53,445 nucleotides of DNA from Acidimicrobiia bacterium (GTDB taxonomy: Bacteria > Actinomycetota > Acidimicrobiia > Spongiisociales > UBA5794): assembly GCA_013003395.1 (NCBI GenBank), contig JABDJC010000220.1, positions 1 through 53,445 of the forward strand, in the 5' to 3' direction. The notes under the pieces are model-generated. The model was not told the origin of the DNA. It saw only the letters and a program-made list of their open reading frames with translations, and searched no databases. Below are positions 1-10,218 of the stretch, piece after piece; the stretch's first letter is position 1; the number at the start of each line of letters is the position of its first letter. A program made the position numbers and the translations under genes.

Positions 1-770
1 GTGACGATCGTCGGACCGTTTCCCGACATCTCCATGATCGAGCGTTTGATGCCCATCTGCGACAAGATCCGCTTGCCTGTCGCAGACGAGCCTGTGAAGC
101 CGATGGCGTCGACACCATCGTGTGTGACGAGTGCTTCTCCGATGGATGCGCCGCCTGGGATGACCGACACTGCTCCCGGCGGAGCTCCGGCTTCCGTGAT
201 CGCTTTCGCCAGCTCCAACAGCGCCCACGACGTGTGGATCGGCGGCTTGACGATGACCGCGTTGCCTGTTGCGAGACCGGGTCCGACGTATTCGAGTGGG
301 ATCGTCACGGGGAAATTCCACGGAGTGATCGCTGCCCAGACCCCCACCGGTCGCCTGAACGTGAACATTCGCTTGGAGCGGTCTGACGTCGGGATGACCT
401 CGCCAGTGAGTCGCTTGACGTCCTCGGCGGCGTTGGTGAAGTACTCGTTCGCCTCGGCGATGTCGTCGAGAGATTCCTGGTGATAGGGCTTGCCTTGCTC
501 GAGTGTTTGGATGCGTGCGATTTCGGCGACCATCGGTTCGATTGCCTTCGCAATGCGCGTACAGAGGTCGGCTCGTTCGAACGCCGACCAATGACGCATC
601 TCCTCGGTTGCATTGCGAGCAGCGAGCACGGCAGCGTCGATATCGGCTGCCGAGGCGACAGGGATGTCGGCGAGGTGCTCGCCTGTGACCGGCGAGATGA
701 GTTGGTGGTGCTCGGTGCCGGTGCCTTCCGTCCACACACCTCCGATCAGCAGTTCCAGCGTCTGCGCCAC
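1..770 (-). CDS. Aldehyde dehydrogenase family protein (3' part runs off the window)
   Basis: Hand translation of the minus strand: GTG at 770 with a GGAGG RBS. ALDH motifs AITPWNFP, IGFTGSSATG and IMEMSGNGP. Absent from the ORF track because it has no stop in the window. Confidence 0.9.
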   Translation of the reverse strand, partial: MAQTLELLIGGVWTEGTGTEHHQLISPVTGEHLADIPVASAADIDAAVLAARNATEEMRHWSAFERADLCTRIAKAIEPMVAEIARIQTLEQGKPYHQESLDDIAEANEYFTNAAEDVKRLTGEVIPTSDRSKRMFTFRRPVGVWAAITPWNFPVTIPLEYVGPGLATGNAVIVKPPIHTSWALLELAKAITEAGAPPGAVSVIPGGASIGEALVTHDGVDAIGFTGSSATGKRILSQMGIKRSIMEMSGNGPTIV

Positions 771-952
771 GTGAGCCTCCCTCTCTGCGGCCAACCTAGT
801 CAATCACGCTCGTGTCGGCAGGCCCATAGCGAGCGAACCGACGGCTGATCGTTTGCTTGGCAATCAAATCGATGGTTGGGAGGACATTGTCATTGTGATT
901 CTGCTAAAACGGTCACTGCTTGCCCGCCGAGTGAGAGAGACCCACGTCCCCC

Positions 953-1585
953 GTGCCCGAATTGGACTACAGCAACCTCACCGCAGATCTCGCGGAGCAG
1001 TGTGCCGCACTCGAGAGCCGCTCATTCCCGCACGCCGATCCCTCTGACTTGCTCGACGCGGATGACCTCCTGGCATATGCCGAGACGTTCCCCGAGGGCT
1101 TTTTCGTTTGTCGAGACGGCGATCGAGTGGTCGGCCAGGCCGGCGGTATTTACCTGAACTTCGACTTCGCCCACCCTCAACACACCATCTCCGAGATCAC
1201 GGGCGAGCACCAATGCGGTAACCACGACCCGCTCGGCGAGTGGTACTACGGCACCGACATCGTGGTTGATCCCGCCTATCGAAGGCAAGGAATCGGTACC
1301 GAGCTGTATCGACTCCGCAAGGATCTGGTGCGCCGCGACAACAAGCGGGGGATCATCGCCGGCGGGCACATTCACGGCTTCGAGCATCACAAGACGGCGA
1401 TGTCTGCTGCCGACTACGTGAAGCGGGTTGCAGCCGGCGAGCTCTACGACTCGACGCTCACCTTCCAACTCGACAACGGTTTCGAGGTACGCGGAGTGTT
1501 GGAGAACTACATCGTTGACGAGTCGACTGACGGGTGGTCGGCGCTCATCGTGTGGGAGAACCCTGAATTCGAGGCGACCACATGA
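953..1585 (+). CDS. GNAT family N-acetyltransferase
   Basis: Acetyl-CoA binding motif VDPAYRRQGIG, plus GIIAGG and DSTLTFQLDNGF; stop overlaps the next start (ATGA). Confidence 0.85.
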   Translation: MPELDYSNLTADLAEQCAALESRSFPHADPSDLLDADDLLAYAETFPEGFFVCRDGDRVVGQAGGIYLNFDFAHPQHTISEITGEHQCGNHDPLGEWYYGTDIVVDPAYRRQGIGTELYRLRKDLVRRDNKRGIIAGGHIHGFEHHKTAMSAADYVKRVAAGELYDSTLTFQLDNGFEVRGVLENYIVDESTDGWSALIVWENPEFEATT

Positions 1586-3198
1586 CCCTTGTTTTTCACA
1601 ACGGTCCGGTGTTCGTCGCAGACGCCCAGCGGCGATGGGCTCGCGCGGTGGCAGTCAGCGATGGACGGATCGTCGCAGTTGGAACCGACGCCGACGTTCG
1701 CGCTGTCGTCGGTCGCGACGTCGAGCCAATCGACCTCGCCGGCCGCATGCTGGCCCCTGGCTTTCAGGATGCTCACGTTCATCCCGTGATGGGTGGACTG
1801 ACGAGGTTGCGATGCAATCTCGAAGATGCCACCGACTTGGCCGAGGCGCTGTCAACGATTCGCCGGTACGTACATGACCATCCCGACAGCGAGTGGATCG
1901 TCGGGGGAGGCTGGAATTATCCGTGGTTCGAAGGAGGAAACCCGAGCGCATCGCTGCTCGACGAGATCACCGACAAACCGGTCCATCTCGTCGGAGCCGA
2001 CGGTCATTCGTCCTGGGTGAACTCGACTGCGCTGCGTATGGCCCGCATCGACGCCGAGTCGCCCGACCCGTCAGACGGTCGGATCGAGCGCCTTCCCGAC
2101 GGTTCGCCCATGGGCACCCTTCACGAAGGCGCCATGCGGCTCGTCGAGGACATTGCACCGAGCGAGTCGATCGGTGACATCGTCGCCGGGCTGCTGGAGG
2201 GGCAGCGCTACCTCCACTCCGTTGGAGTCACGGCCTGGCAGGACGCATGGATTGAACCGGGTGTCCATCAGGCGTACAAACGCACCGCCAGCAGTGGCGA
2301 CCTCGTGTCGTTGGTTCGTGGGGCGTTGTGGTGGGACCGCGAGCGCGGCATCGAACAACTGGAGGAGCTACTCAAGGCGAGCACCGAGAGTATCGGCACG
2401 TACTTTCCGAGAACGATCAAGCTCATGCTCGATGGTGTCTGTGAGAACCACACCGCGGCCATGCTCAGTCCATACCTCGACGCCAAGGGCGCAGTCACCG
2501 ACAACGCAGGCATCGACTTCATAGGCCGCGGCTCGCTCGACGAGATCGTCGCAGCCATCGATGCGGCCGGCCTGCAAGTGCATTTCCATGCGCTCGGAGA
2601 CCGAGCTGTGCGGAACGCCCTCGACGCCATCGAGTTCGCTCGTCAGCGCAACGGCTGGACCGACCTGCGACCTCACCTCGCGCACCTCCAGGTCATCGAT
2701 CCGCACGACATCCCACGATTCCGTCATCTCGGAGCTGTGGCCAACATCCAGCCGCTGTGGGCGGTGGCGGATGCTGCGATGACAGACCTCACCATCCCGT
2801 TCCTGGGCGAGGAGCGCACACGGCACCAATACCCGTTCAAGTCGCTCATCGATGCCGGAGCGACCCTGGCAGCGGGTAGCGACTGGCCGGTATCGACACC
2901 CGACGTGATGCAGCAGATTCACGTGGCCGTCAACCGCCAATCGCCAGGTCACGAGTCAGCTGAAGTGTTCTTGCCCGATCAACGTATTGGTCTCGCTGAC
3001 GCCCTGGTCGCGTTCACGGCCGGAGCGGCGCATGTCAACCACTTCGATGCGGCAACGGGCACCATCCAACAGGGCGCCAGGGCAGACCTTGTACTGTTGT
3101 CGGGCAATCCGTTCGACGGTGAACACGTCGCCGGCATCGAGGTGGACATGACTGTGGTTGGCGGCGAGGTCGTTTATCAACGGGGGCACAAAGAATGA
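1582..3198 (+). CDS. Amidohydrolase family 3 (YtcJ-like) metallo-hydrolase
   Basis: PGFQDAHVH, GHSSWVNS, KLMLDG, HALGDRA, AGSDWP and GARADLV motifs. Confidence 0.9.
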   Translation: MTLVFHNGPVFVADAQRRWARAVAVSDGRIVAVGTDADVRAVVGRDVEPIDLAGRMLAPGFQDAHVHPVMGGLTRLRCNLEDATDLAEALSTIRRYVHDHPDSEWIVGGGWNYPWFEGGNPSASLLDEITDKPVHLVGADGHSSWVNSTALRMARIDAESPDPSDGRIERLPDGSPMGTLHEGAMRLVEDIAPSESIGDIVAGLLEGQRYLHSVGVTAWQDAWIEPGVHQAYKRTASSGDLVSLVRGALWWDRERGIEQLEELLKASTESIGTYFPRTIKLMLDGVCENHTAAMLSPYLDAKGAVTDNAGIDFIGRGSLDEIVAAIDAAGLQVHFHALGDRAVRNALDAIEFARQRNGWTDLRPHLAHLQVIDPHDIPRFRHLGAVANIQPLWAVADAAMTDLTIPFLGEERTRHQYPFKSLIDAGATLAAGSDWPVSTPDVMQQIHVAVNRQSPGHESAEVFLPDQRIGLADALVAFTAGAAHVNHFDAATGTIQQGARADLVLLSGNPFDGEHVAGIEVDMTVVGGEVVYQRGHKE

Positions 3199-4259
3199 CG
3201 TATGCGGTTGAACTGCGCGGGGTGTCGAAGCGTTTCGGCGAGGTTGTCGCCGTCGAGTCGCTCGATCTCGCCATCGACGACGGCGAGTTCTTTTCGCTGC
3301 TCGGGCCGTCTGGCTGTGGCAAGACGACAACGCTTCGCATGATCGCCGGATTCGAATACCCGACCGAGGGGAGCCTCGCCATTCATGGCACGGAGATGGC
3401 TCTCCAGCCTCCCAACCAGAGGCCGGTGAACACGGTGTTCCAGTCGTATGCACTCTTTCCGCACATGACCATCGCAGAGAACGTGGGCTTTGGTCTGCTG
3501 ATGCAGAAAGTCGCCAAGTCCGAGATCAGTACCCGAGTCGACCGAGCTCTCGACATGGTGCAACTCTCACAACGCAAGGGCGCAACCCCCGACAAGCTGT
3601 CTGGCGGACAACAACAACGAGTTGCTCTGGCTCGCGCTCTCGTCAACGAGCCAGAGGTGCTCCTGCTCGATGAACCGCTCGGCGCCCTCGACCTCAAACT
3701 GCGCCAGCAGATGCAGATCGAACTGAAGGAACTGCAGGAGCGTGTTGGCATCACGTTCGTGTACGTGACGCACGATCAAGAGGAAGCGCTCACGATGTCC
3801 GACAGGATCGGCGTGATGAGCGATGGTCGACTGCTGCAAGTAGGTGACGCAACTGAGATCTACGAGCGCCCGACGTCCCGTTTCGTAGCGGACTTCATCG
3901 GTGACATCAATCTGTTGCCCGCCGCGATAACCGGCCCCGGCGTCGTGACATTGGCCGGAACCACGCCGGTGTCTGCGCCTTCGGCCGTTGCCGGCAACGC
4001 TGCCAACTGGCTGGCACTGCGGCCTGAGCAGCTGCATCTGATCCGCCACGACGAAATCGTCCCTGACGACCGAAATTCGATTTCGGGAACGGTCAACAAC
4101 CGCGTGTACTTCGGTGATTCGTATTACTACGTCGTTGCGACCCCCGTAGGAGCTCTCGACGTCCGCCAGGAAAACCGTCCGGGTCTGGCGCTTCACGATC
4201 CGGGCACAAGTGTTCACGTGTGGTGGCACCCCGACGCAGCGGCGATGGTCCTGGAATGA
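3195..4259 (+). CDS. potA: Spermidine/putrescine ABC transporter ATP-binding protein
   Basis: Walker A GPSGCGKTT, VFQSYALFPH, LSGGQQQRVALARAL, Walker B LLLDEP, C-terminal TOBE-like region. Confidence 0.9.
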   Translation: MTYAVELRGVSKRFGEVVAVESLDLAIDDGEFFSLLGPSGCGKTTTLRMIAGFEYPTEGSLAIHGTEMALQPPNQRPVNTVFQSYALFPHMTIAENVGFGLLMQKVAKSEISTRVDRALDMVQLSQRKGATPDKLSGGQQQRVALARALVNEPEVLLLDEPLGALDLKLRQQMQIELKELQERVGITFVYVTHDQEEALTMSDRIGVMSDGRLLQVGDATEIYERPTSRFVADFIGDINLLPAAITGPGVVTLAGTTPVSAPSAVAGNAANWLALRPEQLHLIRHDEIVPDDRNSISGTVNNRVYFGDSYYYVVATPVGALDVRQENRPGLALHDPGTSVHVWWHPDAAAMVLE

Positions 4260-5152
4260 CCTCTGAGCAACGTACCGCGGCGCTGATCGCCGAACCCGGC
4301 CTGGAGGCAGCGGCAACTGCGGCGGACCGCAAGCGTGGTCTGCTGCTGGCGCTACCGGCCTATGTCTATCTGCTGCTCTTTTTCGTCTTGCCGTTCCTCA
4401 TCGTGTTCGTCTATTCGTTTGCCACGAGATCCGCCACCGGCGCCACTCGGCTCTCCGACTGGAACCTGCTGGCCTACCAGAAGCTCTTCGACTCGCTGGT
4501 GGTGCAGATCGTTTGGCGATCGTTCTGGATCGCGTCGCTGACCACCATCATCTGTCTGGTGATGGCGTACCCCTTCGCCTATTACATAGCGACCCGGCGG
4601 CCGGCAGTCCGCAACGTGTTGCTCGTGCTCGTCATGATTCCGTTCTGGTCCAATTTCCTCATTCGAACCTACGCGTGGCGATTCATTCTCGGAACCGATG
4701 GACCGATCGCCACGTTGACCGACGCGTTGGGCATGGAGCCGGTGCGGCTGCTGTTCACCAACGCTGCCGTGATGATCGGCCTGGTCTACGGGTTCCTTCC
4801 GTTCATGGTGTTGCCCTTGTATGCAGCCATCGAGAGACTCGACTGGAGCCTGGTGGAGGCAGCCCGGGACCTCTATGCGAGCGGCTGGTCGGCATTCCGA
4901 AAAGTGACGCTGCCGCTCACTCGCTCGGGGATCATCGCCGGTTCGTTGCTGGTATTCGTGCCGAGCTTCGGCGCCTACGTCACGCCGGCCATTCTCGGCG
5001 GATCGAAAGACCTCCTGCTGGGCTCGTACATCGTCACGCAGTTTCAACAAGCCCGCAACTGGCCGTTCGGGTCAGCGCTGTCGATTGTGGTCATGGTCTT
5101 CATGCTCGCTGCGCTCATGATTCGGGCTCGGACCGGAGCTGAGGAAGTATGA
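4256..5152 (+). CDS. potB: Polyamine ABC transporter permease PotB
   Basis: Hydrophobic protein with IPFWSNFLIRTYAW, EAARDL and NWPFGSALS; ATG at 4256 overlaps the potA stop. Confidence 0.9.
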   Translation: MTSEQRTAALIAEPGLEAAATAADRKRGLLLALPAYVYLLLFFVLPFLIVFVYSFATRSATGATRLSDWNLLAYQKLFDSLVVQIVWRSFWIASLTTIICLVMAYPFAYYIATRRPAVRNVLLVLVMIPFWSNFLIRTYAWRFILGTDGPIATLTDALGMEPVRLLFTNAAVMIGLVYGFLPFMVLPLYAAIERLDWSLVEAARDLYASGWSAFRKVTLPLTRSGIIAGSLLVFVPSFGAYVTPAILGGSKDLLLGSYIVTQFQQARNWPFGSALSIVVMVFMLAALMIRARTGAEEV

Positions 5153-5997
5153 CGACGAGAACGACTTCACTGGATCGGGCGCTGGCCGCGAACACGTGGT
5201 TCGTGTACGCGTTCTTCTACCTTCCGATCCTCGTCCTGGTCGTGTTCTCGTTCAATGCGTCGACCAGGGTCGGCATCTGGCGAGGTTTTTCGACCCGCTG
5301 GTACGGAGAGGTGCTGCGAAACCCTGAAGTGCTCGACGCGCTGAAGAACTCGCTCATCGTCGCTGCGCTCTCGACGGTTGCTGCGACGGTGATCGGAACG
5401 GCGGCAGCACTCGCCATCGATCGCTACCGATTCAGGGGACGCCGCGGACTCGACGGGATCCTCTACCTACCGATCATCATCCCCGACGTGACAATGGCAG
5501 TGATGATGCTGTTGTTCTTCGCCCGAGCGTTCGCGTTGATTGATGCGGCCGGACCACGGTTCCAACTTGGCATCGGATCCATCACCTTGAGCCACATCGC
5601 CTTCAACATCTCGTTTGTGGCGGTTGTGGTGCGAGCCCGCCTCGGGCAGCTCGACGGGTCGCTGGAGGAGGCGGCGCGAGACCTCTACGCAAACTCGTGG
5701 CAGACCTTCAGGCGAGTGACCCTGCCACTCATTCTTCCTGGTGTCCTGGGAGGCGCTCTGTTGGCGTTGACGTTGTCGCTCGACGACGTCGTCGTGACAG
5801 CCTTCGTCTCGGGACCTGGGTCGACGACGCTGCCGGTGTACGTGTTCGGGCTTGTACGACGTGGGGTGTCACCCGCAATAAATGCAATCTCGACCATCAT
5901 GTTGGTGGCCTCGATAGGACTTGTGGCACTCTCCTTGGTGTTCCAACGTGGGCCGAAGGCGAGTCGCAACACCGAGATGATCAAAGAAACGACATAG
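5149..5997 (+). CDS. potC: Polyamine ABC transporter permease PotC
   Basis: FFYLPILVLVVFSFN, EEAARDL, SLDDVV and TTLPVYV motifs. Confidence 0.9.
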   Translation: MTTRTTSLDRALAANTWFVYAFFYLPILVLVVFSFNASTRVGIWRGFSTRWYGEVLRNPEVLDALKNSLIVAALSTVAATVIGTAAALAIDRYRFRGRRGLDGILYLPIIIPDVTMAVMMLLFFARAFALIDAAGPRFQLGIGSITLSHIAFNISFVAVVVRARLGQLDGSLEEAARDLYANSWQTFRRVTLPLILPGVLGGALLALTLSLDDVVVTAFVSGPGSTTLPVYVFGLVRRGVSPAINAISTIMLVASIGLVALSLVFQRGPKASRNTEMIKETT

Positions 5998-6011
5998 TGA
6001 GAGGAATTCCG

Positions 6012-7115
6012 ATGAAACGATGGCTAGGCGTTTTGGTGGCGTTGATGCTCGTCGCCGCGGCATGTGGCGGGAGCGAGGAAGCTGCAGTGTCAACTTCTGA
6101 CTGCGGGCCGGGAGACACCGACGGAGATCTCAGTTTCTACAACTGGGCCGAATACATCGATCCCGATCTGATCGACGCATTCGAGGCTGAATACGGCATC
6201 TCTGTGGAGTACACCGAATACGAGTCCAACGAAGAGATGCTCGCCCAGGTCGAGGCAGGCGCAGCCGTGTATGACCTGGTGGTCCCGTCCGACTACATGG
6301 TCGACACGATGATCCAGGAAGACCTCCTGGTGAAGCTCAACAAGGACGCCATTCCCAATCTCGGCAACCTCGATGACGCGTTCACGAACCTGCCGTTCGA
6401 CGAAGCGGGCGATTTCTCTGTTCCATATCAGTGGGGAACCACCGGTATCGGCGTGAATGTCGGGGCGATCGGTGAGGGCTTCGACCCCTCATGGGCGCTG
6501 CTGTTCGATGCTGACGTCGCGGACCAATACCAGGGGCGGATCTCGCTTCTCGATGATCCTCTCGAAGCGATGGTTGCTGCCTTGCACTACGCCGGGTACA
6601 CACTCGAAGAGGTGATTGCGGACAACAATCTCGACGCGATCGCTGAAGCCGAAGCCATCCTTGCCGAAGCCAATGCCAGGGTCGCCAAGTACGACTCGGT
6701 CAACTTCGGTGACGACCTGGTGACAGGCGAGGTCGACATCGCCCACGGATGGAGCGGTGGCTTCTTCGCGTCGTTTGCTGAAGCCGACAATGCCGACGAA
6801 CTCGTCTACATCATTCCGAAAGAGGGTGGAGTGCGCTGGGTCGACAACATGGCCATCCCGGTCACCGCGGAGCATCCGTGCTCTGCGTCGACCATGATCA
6901 ACTTCATCTTGGACGCCGAGAATGGTGCCACCCTCACCAACTGGAACTACTACGGAAGTCCCAATGAGGCGTCCGAGGCGTTCATCCTTCCCGAGATCCT
7001 CGAGGACGAAGCGATCTACCCAAGTGGTGACGCTCTGGAGAATCTCGAGTTCATTCCTCAGGTAGGGGAGTTGGGGCTGGAATTGCAGGACGCCTTCACC
7101 AGGTCGAAGAGCTGA
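6012..7115 (+). CDS. potD: Polyamine ABC transporter substrate-binding lipoprotein
   Basis: GAGGA RBS then ATG at 6012; lipobox VAAAC; YNWAEYI, YDLVVPSDY, PYQWGTTGI and WVDNMAIP. Confidence 0.9.
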   Translation: MKRWLGVLVALMLVAAACGGSEEAAVSTSDCGPGDTDGDLSFYNWAEYIDPDLIDAFEAEYGISVEYTEYESNEEMLAQVEAGAAVYDLVVPSDYMVDTMIQEDLLVKLNKDAIPNLGNLDDAFTNLPFDEAGDFSVPYQWGTTGIGVNVGAIGEGFDPSWALLFDADVADQYQGRISLLDDPLEAMVAALHYAGYTLEEVIADNNLDAIAEAEAILAEANARVAKYDSVNFGDDLVTGEVDIAHGWSGGFFASFAEADNADELVYIIPKEGGVRWVDNMAIPVTAEHPCSASTMINFILDAENGATLTNWNYYGSPNEASEAFILPEILEDEAIYPSGDALENLEFIPQVGELGLELQDAFTRSKS

Positions 7116-7140
7116 TTGACCGCAGCCGACGTGATCGACG

Positions 7141-7170
7141 AGGGGGGCGCCGGTAGGCGCCCCCCTTTCG
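7141..7170. terminator. Probable bidirectional intrinsic terminator
   Basis: Perfect 11-bp stem AGGGGGGCGCC / GGCGCCCCCCT with a GGTA loop, between convergent genes. Confidence 0.8.
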
Positions 7171-7173
7171 TTG

Positions 7174-9126
7174 TCACGTGCCGGCGTCCCGCAGAGATCG
7201 TCGCATGATCTTGTTCGAGGCGGTCCTCGGCAACTTGTCGCTGCGCACGAGTCGCGACACCTTGAACAACGGATTGAGCTCGCTACGGATTCGCTCCTGC
7301 ATTTCGGCGAGGAGGGCAGATGGCTCGGTGTTGGCATCGAAGACAGCATGAATGACGAGTTGTTCTGGTCCGCCGTCGATTCGTTCGGCGACAGCGGCCG
7401 CTTCGACCAAACCAGCGATGCCGCTCAGGCAGCGTTCGATTTCAGCTGAGCTCACCTTGATGCCGCCGAGATTCATCGTGTCGTCCGAGCGACCCTCAGC
7501 CCTGTAGTACCCACCGGGGAGTCGTTCCATCTGATCGCCGTGACGGCGAAGAATTCTTCCGTCCGGCGACGAGGGGGCCCCCTCGTAGTACTCGGCGTGA
7601 TGGTTGCGGTTCAACAACTCGGTCGACATGCCAACCGATGGAGGCACCAACCAGACCTCACCTCGTTCGGCCGGTTCGCCGTTCTCGTCGAGCAGCAGCA
7701 TGTCCCAGCCGAACGACACCCTCGAGAACGTAGCCGGCGTCAGCGCGTCCAGCACTGTCGAAGCGATGTATCCGCCGCCGATCTCGGTGCCGCCGCAGTA
7801 CTCGATTATCGGACGGTGACCGATCATGGCCGACAGATACAGCATGTCGTCTGCGCTCGACGGTTCTCCTGTGGAACTCGCAACGCGAATGCTCGACCAG
7901 TCGAATCGATTGAGCCAGCCTTGCGCTCGCCAGGCCCTCACGATGCTCGGAACCACCCCGAGCATCGTGACTCCAGCTTCTGCGACGAAGTCGCCGAAGC
8001 TCTCTGCGGTGGGGGCATCGTCGAACAGCGCCAGCGCCGCCCCATTCACGAGCGAGGCGTAGATCGCCCACGGACCCATCATCCAGCCGAGGTTTGTCGG
8101 CCAACACACGACGTCGCCGTGCTGAATGTCCTGGTGGAGGTATCCGTCAGCGGCAGCTTTGATCGGTGTCGTGTGCGACCACGGAATCGCCTTGGGCTCT
8201 CCAGTGGTGCCTGAAGAGAACAGAATGTTGGTGTGGTCGCCTGGATCGGCGATGTGCAAGGGGGAGCCGGATGCCCTGCTCATCAAGTCGTCCCATGCGA
8301 CGTCGTCCGGACGCAGCACGGCCTCTCCAACGACGATGGCACGCGGAGCTTCAGCCGAGCAGACCTTGGCGTACATCGGCAGGGTCTTGCCGAGCCGATC
8401 GACGGTGGCCTCCGTCACCACCGCGGCGGTGTCTGCGATCACGAGCCGTTTGGATATCTGATCCGGCGCGAAACTGTCGGCGATCGACACGACGACCCCA
8501 CCCATGTGGATGATGCCGAGATAGGCGACCACGGCTTCGACGTTCATCGACATCGCAATGGCAACGCGGTCGCCGGGACGGACACCCCAACCCACGAGCC
8601 CAGATGCGAACTTGTCGACGAGGTCGGCCAACTCGGTCACAGTCAGGCGGTGGACGGCGCCATTTCGGCGATGGATGATCGCCGTCCGCTGTTGATCGCC
8701 CGCGAGGCACGAAGCAACGGCGTTGAGCTTGGCACCTGCGAACCAATCCGGAGCCCTGGGATCGAAACCTGGTCCGAGCACGTGCACAGCCGGCTCGGCG
8801 AACACAATGCCGAGGTCGTCGGCGATCGCTCCCCAGAAGGCACCGGGTTGGTGACTCGACCACTCGGCCAGGCCGGTGAGCCCGTCGTGTCCCGTGTTCG
8901 CGAGGAATCGGTGCAGATTCGACGTCCGGTCGCTCCACTCTGGCAGCCAGGTCGGCCATGGTTCCGGGTGATCTCGATACGCCCTGCGGTAGGCAGCGTG
9001 ATGGGTTTCGAACGGAGCGCTGCTGAGGTACAGCTGCACCGCAGTCCACGCCGCCTGAGCGTTTGGAGCCGCTTCGATAGCGGCCTGCGCGGCGTCGGGA
9101 ATCCCGTTCAGCGGGTCGTTGCCCAT
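7174..9126 (-). CDS. AMP-binding acyl-CoA synthetase (acetate-CoA ligase / AAE17-18-like)
   Basis: ILFSSGTTGEPK, YCGGTEIGG, HGD, GRSDDTMNLGG and LPRTASNK. Start is uncertain (ATG 9126 or GTG 9138). Confidence 0.88.
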   Translation of the reverse strand: MGNDPLNGIPDAAQAAIEAAPNAQAAWTAVQLYLSSAPFETHHAAYRRAYRDHPEPWPTWLPEWSDRTSNLHRFLANTGHDGLTGLAEWSSHQPGAFWGAIADDLGIVFAEPAVHVLGPGFDPRAPDWFAGAKLNAVASCLAGDQQRTAIIHRRNGAVHRLTVTELADLVDKFASGLVGWGVRPGDRVAIAMSMNVEAVVAYLGIIHMGGVVVSIADSFAPDQISKRLVIADTAAVVTEATVDRLGKTLPMYAKVCSAEAPRAIVVGEAVLRPDDVAWDDLMSRASGSPLHIADPGDHTNILFSSGTTGEPKAIPWSHTTPIKAAADGYLHQDIQHGDVVCWPTNLGWMMGPWAIYASLVNGAALALFDDAPTAESFGDFVAEAGVTMLGVVPSIVRAWRAQGWLNRFDWSSIRVASSTGEPSSADDMLYLSAMIGHRPIIEYCGGTEIGGGYIASTVLDALTPATFSRVSFGWDMLLLDENGEPAERGEVWLVPPSVGMSTELLNRNHHAEYYEGAPSSPDGRILRRHGDQMERLPGGYYRAEGRSDDTMNLGGIKVSSAEIERCLSGIAGLVEAAAVAERIDGGPEQLVIHAVFDANTEPSALLAEMQERIRSELNPLFKVSRLVRSDKLPRTASNKIMRRSLRDAGT

Positions 9127-9234
9127 TCGAGAAATCACTCGGCCAGCGTACCGCGGAGAGCTAACGCACACCTGAGGTCGCCTTGACGTCGGATGGCTGA
9201 TGATCGACTCGACCTCAACGAAAGGATTCGGTCC

Positions 9235-10104
9235 ATGAAGCGCATAATGCTCCTCGCAAGCGTCGCAGTTGGTCTCATTGTCACGGCCGGGATCGCTATT
9301 GCATCGACTGGTCCAGCAGCGCCTGCGACCCTTGCCCAAGTGGCCTCGACAACTTCTGCCGACGTCACTACCTATCAAGTGGCGGATGCAGGCACGGTCG
9401 ACGTGGCGTTTGATGGCGTCACGGTTGGGGTGGTCGCCGTCGAGGCGGCGATCGGCTGGACCGTCGAGACCGAGATCGCAGCCGGAATCGAAGTCGAAGT
9501 TCAGTTCACAGACGGGATCACTCGCATCGACTTCAAAGCAGAAGTCGAGGACGGCACCGTGAAGACCACAGCTCGTAGTCGACAGGCGTCTGCCGGCGGC
9601 TCTACGAGCACAACCAGCGTTACGTCAACCACCATGGGCGATACCAGTACCACGAGTACCAGCACCACCAGTCCGACGAGTACGACGAGTACGACGAGCA
9701 CCACCACGGCTCCGCCGTCGACCGGAACGCTCGCGATCGATGCATCTCCGGCAGGATCAGTCACCGTCGTCCTCAACCAAGGGACTGTCGATGTGGTCTC
9801 CGTCGCAAGCAATCCTGGCTGGACGTGGACTTCTGAGTCCAGGCTCGACGGCGGCGTCGAGGTCAAGTTCCGCAACGGATCCGTGGAGGTCGAAGTCGAA
9901 GTGGAGATGGAGCACGGACAGATGGTGCCCAAGGTGGAGGTCGAAACCGACGACTCCGACGACGATTCCGACGACGACAACCGCGGCCACGGCAATGGCG
10001 ACGCCGACTTTGACGACGATAACCGCGGCCACGGCAATGGCCACGACGATGACGATTCTGACGACGCCGACCACGACGATGACGACTCTGACGACGACGA
10101 CTGA
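9235..10104 (+). CDS. Secreted protein: two repeated beta-rich domains, Thr/Ser linker, Asp/His-rich tail
   Basis: AAGGA RBS then ATG; signal peptide MKRIMLLAS...; the pattern AGxVxV...GW...VEVxF occurs twice; the tail contains DDDNRGHGNG twice. Confidence 0.75.
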   Translation: MKRIMLLASVAVGLIVTAGIAIASTGPAAPATLAQVASTTSADVTTYQVADAGTVDVAFDGVTVGVVAVEAAIGWTVETEIAAGIEVEVQFTDGITRIDFKAEVEDGTVKTTARSRQASAGGSTSTTSVTSTTMGDTSTTSTSTTSPTSTTSTTSTTTAPPSTGTLAIDASPAGSVTVVLNQGTVDVVSVASNPGWTWTSESRLDGGVEVKFRNGSVEVEVEVEMEHGQMVPKVEVETDDSDDDSDDDNRGHGNGDADFDDDNRGHGNGHDDDDSDDADHDDDDSDDDD

Positions 10105-10123
10105 CGATCCAGTTCCCCCAACG

Positions 10124-10158
10124 GATGAGAGGGGTGGTTCCCTGCCACCCCTCTCATC
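10124..10158 (+). terminator. Stem-loop terminator after the secreted protein gene
   Basis: Perfect 14-bp stem GATGAGAGGGGTGG / CCACCCCTCTCATC with a 7-nt loop; no strong U-tract. Confidence 0.7.
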
Positions 10159-10218
10159 GCGTTAGCGTTGCGGTGTGATCCTGCCACCCATCCATCGCGC
10201 CAAGGTCGTCAAGACACC

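Noticed and set aside
850-915. Operator palindrome in the ALDH/GNAT divergent promoter
   Set aside because: The region is AT-richer and likely regulatory, but only weak imperfect symmetry is visible.
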